Of a stretch of DNA of 64,000 nt, positions 38,301 to 44,922 are shown piece by piece (position 1 is the stretch's first letter; the number at the start of each line of letters is the position of its first letter). This DNA comes from Candidatus Altimarinota bacterium. Lineage in GTDB: Bacteria > Patescibacteriota > Gracilibacteria > UBA1369. The notes beneath the pieces are model-generated. The model had not been told where the DNA came from. It saw nothing but the letters and a program-made list of their open reading frames with translations, and searched no databases. A program made the position numbers and the translations under genes. The DNA lies in NCBI GenBank assembly GCA_963677745.1, contig OY782391.1, forward strand, positions 476,482-540,481. Reading direction: 5' to 3'.

Positions 38301-39279
38301 ATGTGGCTGCCAGACTGGAGCCACCAAGCCCTGCGGTACGAGCACCGGAGCCTGCACCACCGGAACACAGAACTGTGTCAGTGGACAGTGGAGCCTCTGC
38401 TCCGGCACCGAAGCGGTTCCCGAAACCTGCAACAACATCGATGACAACTGCGACGGTATCATCGACAACGGCCTGCGCAACGCCTGTGGCACCTGCGGTG
38501 CGCCACCGGTGGAGATCTGCGACGGCATCGACAACAACTGCGACGGGCATGTCGATGAGAACCTGCGCAACCGTTGCGGCAACTGCGGGCCCCTGCCTGC
38601 TGATGTCTGTGACGGCGTCGACAACGACTGCGACGGCACCATCGACAACAACTGCCCCTGCCAGGCCGGGGCGACCATGCCCTGCGGTACGGACATGGGA
38701 GCCTGCACCACAGGAACTCAGAGCTGCATCGCCGGTCATTGGGGACTTTGCAACGGCGTGGCCCCCACTCCCGAGACCTGCAACAACGTCGACGACAACT
38801 GCGACGGACACGTGGACGAGTTCCTCAGGAACGCCTGCGGTAACTGCGGAGTCATCCCCGCCGAGACCTGCAACGGCATCGACGACAACTGCAACGGGCA
38901 GATCGACGAAGGCCTGCGCAACCGCTGCGGCAACTGCGGGGCCCTCCCTGCTGATGTCTGCGACGGCGTCGACAACGACTGCGACGGCACGATCGACAAC
39001 GGCTGTTCCTGCCAGTCGGGAGCAATCCTGCCCTGCGGGAAGAACCTCGGAACGTGCTCCACCGGCAACCAGTTCTGCGTCGGTGGACAGTGGAGCCTCT
39101 GCAACGGCAACGGCCCCACGATCGAAGTCTGCGACGGCGCGGACAACAATTGCGACGGACTGGTCGACGAGTTCCTTCGCAATGACTGCGGAACCTGCGG
39201 TACCGTCCCCGCGGAGTTCTGCAGCGATGGTCTGGACAACAACTGCAACGGGCTGACCGACGAGCCCGGCTGCATCTGA
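35368..39279 (+). CDS. Giant secreted Cys/Asp-rich repeat protein (possible lipoprotein) carrying MopE-like CxGxDxxCxG-xxD putative metal/Ca-binding motifs
   Basis: About 1303 aa counted from the ATG at 35368, which is preceded by GAGAGGAGAG. The signal peptide is MKLKKREWMAALMMVALTGLVMTQAGC. By my count it holds 32 copies of C-[DN]-G-x-D-[DN]-[DN]-C-[DN]-G-x-x-D, linked by L-x-N-x-CG-x-CG-x-x-P-x-E, and 9 copies of a six-Cys module (C.C..G...PCG...G.C..G.Q.C..G.W..C.G). Confidence 0.8.
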   Translation: MKLKKREWMAALMMVALTGLVMTQAGCESDPPTSCDPDSPWCNDNTVDPGTGGSAGHQNTCTYPEKQCGGNCTNVLIDNQNCGSCNLTCGTGTNCQNGVCAYQCVPTGPETCNGKDDNCDGHIDEELLNLCGSCGVAPAESCNGIDDNCNGSVDEDCECQGDAIKPCGSNLGTCSTGVQECINGIWSLCSGVAPAVETCDGLDNNCNGQVDENLLNACGGCGIVQAELCDGQDNNCDGHIDEGYLNSCGVCGPLPSESCNGLDDNCDGIVDNGLLNACGNCGATPSETCNGIDDNCNGQVDEGLRNLCGTCGPPPAEICDGVDNDCNGTIDQGCPCMTGLTQPCGKDLGVCTSGTQTCVGGTWGTCSGTPPAVEVCDDVDNNCDGNVDEGLKNACGGCGPTPVEVCNGADDNCNGIADEGLLNQCGNCGPLPAEVCNGADDNCDGIIDNGLLNRCGNCGPLPVETCDGNDNDCDGIVDNGLRNLCGNCGPSDPDLCDGVDNDCDGTVDPGCPCITGLTEPCGKDLGVCTSGTQTCVGGTWGTCSGTPPAVEVCDGVDNNCDGNVDEGLKNACGGCGPTPVEICDGVDNNCNGIADEGLLNQCGNCGPLPAEICDGVDNNCNGIIDDNLRNRCGNCGPLPAEVCDGVDNDCDGTIDNGCGCQTGATMPCGKNLGTCTTGQQACVAGQWTLCSGTPPAVEVCDGVDNNCDGNADEGVKNACGGCGPTPAEICDGVDNNCNGIIDDNLRNRCGLCGPLPAEVCDGVDNDCDGTIDNGCGCQTGATMPCGKNLGACTTGQQTCVAGQWSLCSGVEAVSETCNGVDDDCDGDVDEGLRNRCGNCGALPADVCDGVDNDCDGTIDNNCPCQTGASKPCGTDTGICTTGTQNCVAGQWGLCSGVAPGVETCDGQDNNCNGLSDEYLLNACGNCGPVPAETCNGIDDNCNGQIDEGLRNACGNCGPAPAELCDGVDNNCDGTIDNGCGCQTGATKPCGTSTGACTTGTQNCVSGQWSLCSGTEAVPETCNNIDDNCDGIIDNGLRNACGTCGAPPVEICDGIDNNCDGHVDENLRNRCGNCGPLPADVCDGVDNDCDGTIDNNCPCQAGATMPCGTDMGACTTGTQSCIAGHWGLCNGVAPTPETCNNVDDNCDGHVDEFLRNACGNCGVIPAETCNGIDDNCNGQIDEGLRNRCGNCGALPADVCDGVDNDCDGTIDNGCSCQSGAILPCGKNLGTCSTGNQFCVGGQWSLCNGNGPTIEVCDGADNNCDGLVDEFLRNDCGTCGTVPAEFCSDGLDNNCNGLTDEPGCI
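36406..37290 (+). repeat. Near-identical direct duplication at a 531-nt offset
   Basis: About 36406-36760 versus about 36937-37290. The first roughly 95 nt (gatctgggagtctgtacctcgggtacccagacctgcgtcggaggaacctggggaacgtgctccggtacgccccctgctgtcgaagtctgcgacg) are identical. Scattered substitutions follow. Confidence 0.8.
37190..37766 (+). repeat. Near-identical direct duplication at a 351-nt offset
   Basis: About 37195-37410 versus about 37546-37761. About 215 nt are shared, with only a few substitutions visible (ggcaactgc versus ggcctctgc; ggcacctgc versus ggcgcctgc). Confidence 0.8.
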
Positions 39280-39504
39280 CCATCAACAAGAATCATCGTC
39301 GCGCGCCATTCGCCGCAGCGAATGGCATACCGGTTCCCCCACTGACGCAGCAGCAAGGGAGCCCTTCACCCCAAAACCCGCCCCGTCGCACTGAGACGTC
39401 GTCTCTCGCGACGGGGCACCGACCGTCGGCTGAAGCTTCTCCGGACTGACGAGCAGGATCTCACATCCCGCTCCTTCCGGACAGGCCACAGCCGCAAGAA
39501 CCAG

Positions 39505-39546
39505 AAAGGCCGCTCACCCGCGTCATACGCGGGTAGCGGCCTTTTT
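39505..39546 (+). terminator. Rho-independent terminator of the giant gene
   Basis: AAAGGCCGCT-c-ACCCGCG tcata CGCGGGT-AGCGGCCTTT forms about 17 bp with one bulge, followed by TT. Confidence 0.6.
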
Positions 39547-39567
39547 GCTGTCCGGATTTAATTTACA

Positions 39568-39605
39568 AAAAGCCCCCGCGATCACCTTGTGACGCGGGGG
39601 CTTTT
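39568..39605. terminator. Bidirectional hairpin terminator, best placed for the minus-strand SLH gene
   Basis: AAAA-GCCCCCGCG..CAC ctt GTG.CGCGGGGGC-TTTT. On the minus strand TTTTTG follows it, directly downstream of the stop at 39626. Confidence 0.65.
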
Positions 39606-39625
39606 CCATAAAGTATCACGCTATA

Positions 39626-40897
39626 TTAGATCTTTCCCAGATTATGCAGTTTGTATATCACTTCTGCCACTTCGCGGCGGGTAGTGAAATTGGTGGGATA
39701 CAATTTTGTCCCGCTGAACAAAGCGTTGTTTTTGGAATACTTGGCATAATCGGCATACCAGGCGTCCGCGGGCACATCGGTATAAGAAGTGCCGGTAGGC
39801 ATTATTTCTCCCAGATTGCGGAGCAGTAGAGCCAGGAACTCAGCCCTGTTCACCGATCTGGCCGGTCTGAAATACCCGGCATCGGGTCCGGACAGATAAC
39901 CGGTAACCACCGACAAAGCCTTGGCACGGCATACATACTGATAAGCCCAACTGGACTCGGTTACATCCGGAAAAGGATTGCTGCCGGCACAATAATCCGA
40001 TACCGAGTTGAAATTATCGAAAGTTTCCAAAGCAATTTTGGCAATCTGATCTCTCTGCAACAAACCTCCCGGATCAAAAGTGCCGTCGGGATTTCCGGTT
40101 ATGGCACCGATACTCTTTACATAGGAAATAGCGGCACAGTCACTGTCCACCAATGAAACGTCGGTAAAACCTGCACATTTAGTCAGGATTGGCGGAGTGT
40201 TGATGGTAAAAGAAGGAATAGTCAAAGCATCGCTCGTATTGCCGGACAGATCGGTTACCCTGACTTTACAATTACTGTAGGTGCCCGGAAGCATCGACTG
40301 GAACGTGACTGAGTTGTCCCCGCTCACCCCATTGGTAGTTGAACTGGAACAGGCTCCCTCATAAGTAATTGTCCCTGCTTCATTGGAGTTAAAAACTATG
40401 CCTGGAGTAGTATCGTCGGTCGGGCTACTCACTCCGCTCACCAGAGTCAGTGTGGGAGCGGTAATATCAATAATCATATTAACCTTGACCGTGAAGGCGG
40501 CAATATTCAAATTATCCGAAGTCAATCCGCTGACTGTGCCCTTCACGGTTAATTTGCAGTTTGTATGGGCTCCCAAGGCCAGAGAATTGAAAGTAATAGT
40601 ATTGTTTCCCGACACCGCGTTGACGGTTGCACTGGAACAGTCACCGGAATAGGTGATTGTTCCGGCCTGGGTGCTGGAAAAGGTAAAATCCGGAGTCTTG
40701 TCATAAGTTACAGCGGGAACAGGAGTAACCACGGCCAGAGTCGGAGCGACAAAAAGAGGTAACTGGGGATCAAAAGGAATTTCGGGAGTAATCGGATATG
40801 GATCGGGCAATTTTGCCATAGCCAACATCTGCATGGAAAAAACACCAATCAAAACCATCGACACCAGCGCTATCTTTTGGAAAGGGAATCTATTCAT
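39626..40897 (-). CDS. Secreted surface protein with two Ig-like repeats and three C-terminal SLH domains
   Basis: 423 aa. The signal peptide is MNRFPFQKIALVSMVLIGVFSMQMLAMA. The SLH-like units are FTDVSLVDSDCAAISYV..GAITGNPDGTFDP, FPDVTESSWAYQYV..GYLSG...YFRPARSVNRAEF, and YTDVPADAWYADYA......F.....TRREVA. Confidence 0.8.
   Translation of the reverse strand: MNRFPFQKIALVSMVLIGVFSMQMLAMAKLPDPYPITPEIPFDPQLPLFVAPTLAVVTPVPAVTYDKTPDFTFSSTQAGTITYSGDCSSATVNAVSGNNTITFNSLALGAHTNCKLTVKGTVSGLTSDNLNIAAFTVKVNMIIDITAPTLTLVSGVSSPTDDTTPGIVFNSNEAGTITYEGACSSSTTNGVSGDNSVTFQSMLPGTYSNCKVRVTDLSGNTSDALTIPSFTINTPPILTKCAGFTDVSLVDSDCAAISYVKSIGAITGNPDGTFDPGGLLQRDQIAKIALETFDNFNSVSDYCAGSNPFPDVTESSWAYQYVCRAKALSVVTGYLSGPDAGYFRPARSVNRAEFLALLLRNLGEIMPTGTSYTDVPADAWYADYAKYSKNNALFSGTKLYPTNFTTRREVAEVIYKLHNLGKI
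40193..40726 (-). repeat. Two tandem Ig-like modules of about 80-90 aa within the surface protein
   Basis: TPDFTFSSTQAGTITYSGDCSSATVNAVSGNNTITFNSLALGAHTNCKLTV aligns with TPGIVFNSNEAGTITYEGACSSSTTNGVSGDNSVTFQSMLPGTYSNCKVRV. Confidence 0.55.
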
Positions 40898-41014
40898 AAT
40901 AATTAAAATTATGTGATTACATACAATTAAACCACTATTTGGGAAAATAGTTACGATTCTCTATTTGACAAAAGACGGGAAAGACTTAAAATCCTGGCCG
41001 AATCACCATCGAAA

Positions 41015-41536
41015 ATGAAAGCACTGGCAAAACAAACCGATTTGGCTCCGGAACATTCTCAGGATCTGCAAACAGCAAATCCGGGAAAAGGAAAAACAAC
41101 ATCTCCCGAACCGTCTGATTCGCAAATCCGCGTAAACACCCATGGCATCATCGAAGAAGTAGTTGGTTGGTACGACCATAACCAGCCTTCGATTATTCTG
41201 ATCGCACCTGCCGAAATCGACCTGGAAAGAAGTCTGGCCTTCAGAAAACGTCTTTTCAATATACTTAAAAACTCCTTTCTTAAACCGGCCTTTTCCTCCG
41301 ATCCCGGATTTGCAGACCATACAAATCATTGCTTATGGCTGCGCCACGACTTTCTGAACTATTTGTCAGGAATCATCAGTAATCCCGATTATGACCAGTA
41401 TCTTCCCTCGGCCATCACCAGGAACATTTTCGATCAGGCAATGAACCTTGATTGGACTGCTCCCCGGGCAATAAAAAATCTGCTTCTGACCATCCGGCGC
41501 GATTTGATGATCCCTCCCAAAACCAAAAAAAAATAA
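41015..41536 (+). CDS. Hypothetical protein
   Basis: 173-aa ORF with native composition. I recognise no family. Its stop abuts the stop of the convergent DUF4112 gene. Confidence 0.4.
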   Translation: MKALAKQTDLAPEHSQDLQTANPGKGKTTSPEPSDSQIRVNTHGIIEEVVGWYDHNQPSIILIAPAEIDLERSLAFRKRLFNILKNSFLKPAFSSDPGFADHTNHCLWLRHDFLNYLSGIISNPDYDQYLPSAITRNIFDQAMNLDWTAPRAIKNLLLTIRRDLMIPPKTKKK

Positions 41537-42211
41537 TTATTCCCCTGTAGCCTGTGCCATCTGTGGCTCGGCCTCTTTTGATTTGGGATTGGCTTTTGCA
41601 TAAAGACCTACTGCCCGGTTGGCCAGCTGCGGCCATTTTTCCGCCTTCTCCGTTAACTGCCTGATCTTTTCTTCCGAAACTCCGGCCTCCCGCGCCTTCT
41701 TGATCATTTCCTGCGTTTGGTCCTCAAAACTTTTGGCACTCCATTTGTTGGCCTTGAAAAAATAATCGGCGGCATCCCCGGCAATCGGAATCGCTCCGAC
41801 GGCAAAATCAGCGGCTTGCAAACCAATGATTTTTAGATAAGAACCTGTACCCAAGTCAGCCTTTTTGGCTTCCATTAAAAGATAGACTCCTGAAACGATC
41901 GAACTTCCTCCATCCCCCAATTCCGGAATCAGAGAAAGCAGCGGATCCAGGCCAATATCATCAGCCACCGTCGCAAATACCTTGACCCTCTCTTCAGAGT
42001 TCTTGGCATCACGCAACTTTTTCAGAGCTTCTTGTTGTTGGGGAGTCAAATCCTCTTTTTCCACCTGCTGCTTCATTTTGTCCTGCTGCTCCTGGGACTT
42101 TTGTTTTACGGTCTGTTTGGCTCCTTCCCGGGTAATCTCCCCGCTCTCTATAGCCTGCTTGGCCCGGGGACCTCTCAGCACTTCTCCTCCCTGTTCAGTG
42201 GCATCTGCCAT
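41537..42211 (-). CDS. DUF4112 domain-containing protein
   Basis: The central region (GLDPLLSLIPELGDGGSSIVSGVYLLMEAKKADLG...GAIPIAGDAADYFFKAN) matches the DUF4112 pattern (GlDpliGLiPgiGD ... GavPvlGDlfDvvwKAN). Charged coiled-coil-like segments flank it. Confidence 0.6.
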   Translation of the reverse strand: MADATEQGGEVLRGPRAKQAIESGEITREGAKQTVKQKSQEQQDKMKQQVEKEDLTPQQQEALKKLRDAKNSEERVKVFATVADDIGLDPLLSLIPELGDGGSSIVSGVYLLMEAKKADLGTGSYLKIIGLQAADFAVGAIPIAGDAADYFFKANKWSAKSFEDQTQEMIKKAREAGVSEEKIRQLTEKAEKWPQLANRAVGLYAKANPKSKEAEPQMAQATGE

Positions 42212-42349
42212 TTTGGTAAAATTATTGAAATATTTATCTTTTAATTATATCACCAAAGCAAGCCTCAAAGCCAGATTTATTCATACCGGACTCTGCTTGC
42301 TTTTGATAAAAGCTGGCATCAAAACACTTATGATGATAAATATATTTCG

Positions 42350-42910
42350 ATGGGGGAAAAAAAACAATCAATCATAGTCACAGGTATATTGGCGGGGCTC
42401 GTTCTGGTAGCCTGCCACAGTCCGTCTGCCACCCCCCTCACCTCGAATATTCCAATAAAAACAACCAATATGAAAATTTCCAGCCCCAGTTTTGAAAATA
42501 ATTCAGCCATTCCTCCCCAATTCACCTGCCAGGGAGAAGGTTTCTCCCCTCAACTTGATTTCTCGGAAGTTCCCGGTGAAAGCAAATCTCTGGCCCTGAT
42601 TGTCGAAGATCCGGATGCTCCGAACGGCAACTGGGTACACTGGCTGGTTTGGAACATCCCGGCGGACACAACCACCATCCCGGAAAATGTCGGCCCCAAA
42701 TTTGCCGTACAGGGCAACAATTCCTCGCCCAAAGCAGCCTATGAAGGACCTTGCCCCCCTTCGGGTACCCACCGCTATTTCTTCAAACTATATGCACTGT
42801 CCCATGAGCTCACTCTGCCTGCCGGATCGCCCCGCGATCAACTGCTCAAGGAAATGGAAGACCGCATTATCGACCAGGCCCAATTGATGGGTACCTTTAA
42901 AAAACCCTAA
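42350..42910 (+). CDS. YbhB/YbcL-family PEBP (Raf kinase inhibitor-like) lipoprotein
   Basis: Lipobox LVLVAC, plus the PEBP motifs VEDPDAP.G.WVHWLVWNIP and GPCPPSGTHRYFFKLYAL. Confidence 0.8.
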   Translation: MGEKKQSIIVTGILAGLVLVACHSPSATPLTSNIPIKTTNMKISSPSFENNSAIPPQFTCQGEGFSPQLDFSEVPGESKSLALIVEDPDAPNGNWVHWLVWNIPADTTTIPENVGPKFAVQGNNSSPKAAYEGPCPPSGTHRYFFKLYALSHELTLPAGSPRDQLLKEMEDRIIDQAQLMGTFKKP

Positions 42911-42944
42911 CATAATAGCCGCTTCCGGAATTGTCTTAGTCGGC

Positions 42945-44720
42945 TTATTTGGCCAGAAGCCCCTTCACCTGGAGATTTACCAATTCCTGATAAACACCGG
43001 GAATGTTTTTCAACTCGGGATGTTTACCCACCTGAACTATTTTCCCCTTATTCATCACGACGATTTTATCAGCCTCGGTAACCGTACTGAGCCTGTGAGC
43101 AATCACAATCGATGTCCGTCCCTTCATCACACGCTCCAAAGCTTTCTGGATAATTCTCTCATTCTTGGAATCCAGAGCTGAAGTAGCCTCATCAAGAATC
43201 AGTATCGGCGGATTCTTAAGAATCACCCTGGCGATAGCCACACGCTGTTTTTCACCTCCAGAAAGTTTTAAACCGCGTTCCCCCACCATGGTCTTATAAG
43301 TTTTCGGCTTACTCATGATAAATTTATGAATATTGGCTTTTCTGGCAGCTTCATATACCTCCCAGCGGGTTGCCCCGGGCTTGGCATAGGCAATATTATT
43401 GTAAATTGTATCGTTGAATAAGGTGTTTTCCTGCATCACCAGACCAATATTCCGGCGCAGTGAAGTCTGGCTTACTTTGGTAATATCCTGACCGTCAATC
43501 AAAATCCGGCCGCTCTGCACATCATAAAATCTGTTGAGCAAAGAAGTGATAGTCGATTTACCGGCTCCGGAATGTCCCACCAAAGCTGTCATCTGGGCCG
43601 GTTCAAAATCAATAGTGGCATTGGAAAGTATATTTTTATCCTGATACTTAAAACCCACCCCTCTCATTTCCACCCGACCGGCGGTCACTTTCAACGTCTT
43701 GGCCTCGGGAATATCCTGCACCGTGGGTATCCTTTCCAGGATTTTTCTGGCCTCTTCCAGTCTTAATATTGCATATTGCAATCCCCTTAAATCGCCTCCG
43801 ATGGCATAAATCGGATCATAAAGATAGCGTGAAAAAGAAGTGAACATCACCAATTGTCCCAGCGTCAAATTCCCCTGAAGAATCAGATATATGCCAAAAG
43901 CAATAATCAAAATCCTCTGCATGGTGGACGTACTCTGTCCCCAGATGTCTATTCTTCCCCAGCGTATAGAGGCCTGCTTCTGCAAATCCACATATTTTTT
44001 AAACTTGCCCAAAAAACTTTTCTGCTCTTTCTTCTCCTGGGCAAAACTTTTTACCACCACAATATTGGAGACCGCATCATAGGCACGCCCGATTGCCGAA
44101 TCAAAAAGATCGTTGGATTCATCCTGTAAGGCGCTGGTCTTTTTAATACCCACGATAAAGATCCAAATGGCCAAAGGATAAAAAGCCATCGAAACCAGGG
44201 TCATCTGCCAATTAATAGTCAACGCCCAAATTAACACCACGACGCCCAGCAAAAACTTGGGTATCAGTTCCGGCACCATAATCATGGTAATAGTCCAAAA
44301 ACTGTCCACTCCGCGGTCAATTTTTTTCATCATCTCACCACTTTTCTTTTCCAGATGAAACGACATATCCAGCGCCAATACTTTTTGCATGGCCTCCTCA
44401 AAATAATTCCGGTCTACATTGGGCATGCTCATACTGAAAAGCATTCTGATCCCGGTCATCACGACCGCGCTGACCAGTAACACTCCCGCCCAGATGCCGA
44501 CAAACCAGATCACTTTGGTTAAATTCATACCCGCCGGCTGGCCGATTTTTACAATCTCGTCAAAAACATTCTGATAGACATAAGGTTCCACCAGCTGACT
44601 CAACAGCAGTACCAGCCAGACCGGCCAGATATACCAGATTTTTGCCATTACCGGAGCCGTATAATGCCAGTAAAAACGCAAAGCCGGCCCCCATTCCCTG
44701 ATTTTCAGTTTCTTGGACAT
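42945..44720 (-). CDS. ABC exporter, fused permease and ATPase (MsbA/type IV fold)
   Basis: 591 aa. Six N-terminal TM segments, then GHSGAGKST (Walker A), [13 protein letters not shown] (signature) and ILILDEATSALD (Walker B). Confidence 0.88.
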   Translation of the reverse strand: MSKKLKIREWGPALRFYWHYTAPVMAKIWYIWPVWLVLLLSQLVEPYVYQNVFDEIVKIGQPAGMNLTKVIWFVGIWAGVLLVSAVVMTGIRMLFSMSMPNVDRNYFEEAMQKVLALDMSFHLEKKSGEMMKKIDRGVDSFWTITMIMVPELIPKFLLGVVVLIWALTINWQMTLVSMAFYPLAIWIFIVGIKKTSALQDESNDLFDSAIGRAYDAVSNIVVVKSFAQEKKEQKSFLGKFKKYVDLQKQASIRWGRIDIWGQSTSTMQRILIIAFGIYLILQGNLTLGQLVMFTSFSRYLYDPIYAIGGDLRGLQYAILRLEEARKILERIPTVQDIPEAKTLKVTAGRVEMRGVGFKYQDKNILSNATIDFEPAQMTALVGHSGAGKSTITSLLNRFYDVQSGRILIDGQDITKVSQTSLRRNIGLVMQENTLFNDTIYNNIAYAKPGATRWEVYEAARKANIHKFIMSKPKTYKTMVGERGLKLSGGEKQRVAIARVILKNPPILILDEATSALDSKNERIIQKALERVMKGRTSIVIAHRLSTVTEADKIVVMNKGKIVQVGKHPELKNIPGVYQELVNLQVKGLLAK

Positions 44721-44777
44721 GATGAAAAGCCATAATTTGACTTACGCGAGCAATATTATAGATTAGTAATTATGTAT

Positions 44778-44805
44778 TTGCAATTAGACTTTTTTATACT
44801 ATGAT
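44778..44805 (+). promoter_or_regulatory. Candidate sigma70-type promoter for the tRNA gene
   Basis: TTGCAA (44778-44783), a 16-nt spacer, then TATGAT (44800-44805), 23 nt before the mature tRNA 5' end. Confidence 0.35.
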
Positions 44806-44828
44806 ACGCAGGCGAAAAGATAAATTGT

Positions 44829-44905
44829 GAGCCCGTAGCTCAGCTGGATAGAGCGTTGGTTTGCGGAGCCAAAGGTCGTGCGTTCGACTCGCACCGGGCT
44901 CACCA
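44829..44905 (+). tRNA. tRNA-Arg, anticodon GCG, with encoded CCA
   Basis: I folded it by hand. The acceptor is GAGCCCG/CGGGCTC, the D arm is GCTC-AGCTGGATA-GAGC, and the anticodon arm is TTGGT-TTGCGGA-GCCAA (U33, G34 C35 G36, G37). The variable loop is AGGTC, the T arm is GTGCG-TTCGACT-CGCAC, the discriminator is A, and CCA follows. A20 and C35 fit arginine identity. Confidence 0.85.
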
Positions 44906-44922
44906 TGAAAAAATCATAATAA

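Larger units (their letters stand above)
35701..39264 (+). repeat. Coding tandem-repeat array (units of about 33 aa organised into superrepeats of about 117-177 aa)
   Basis: The motif recurs periodically across the whole gene. See the protein-level counts in the CDS entry. Confidence 0.85.
35031..39560. other. Compositional island (about 63% G+C by spot counts versus about 40-50% in the flanks)
   Basis: G+C content and G/C-ending codons rise abruptly between the uvrB upstream region and the convergent SLH gene terminator. Lines starting at 37321 and 37921 each count 38/60 G+C. Lines starting at 1, 34921 and 39661 count 23, 29 and 31 of 60. Confidence 0.8.

Noticed and set aside
35701-39264. 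The regular repeats of about 100 nt could be mistaken for a CRISPR array or satellite DNA.
   Set aside because: The repeats are in-frame coding units of one continuous ORF. There is no repeat-plus-unique-spacer alternation, and no cas genes are present in the window.
35293-39356. Many very long ORFs in other frames and on the opposite strand of the giant gene. Examples are 36096-37949 (617 aa), 36133-37776 (547 aa), 37780-38811 (343 aa), 38129-39256 (375 aa) and 35293-36084 (263 aa).
   Set aside because: Stop codons are AT-rich, so open frames this long are expected in about 63% G+C repeat DNA. The translations are low-complexity (runs of P/S/Q, A/V/D or R). They simply mirror the repeat periodicity and have no start context. 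The plus-strand frame has a signal peptide and a strict Cys motif grammar.
35009-39568. Possible target-site duplication flanking the island: TAATTTCA near 35009 versus TAATTTACA near 39559.
   Set aside because: This is only a 6-7-nt imperfect match in AT-rich DNA, which is expected by chance. There is no associated recombinase.
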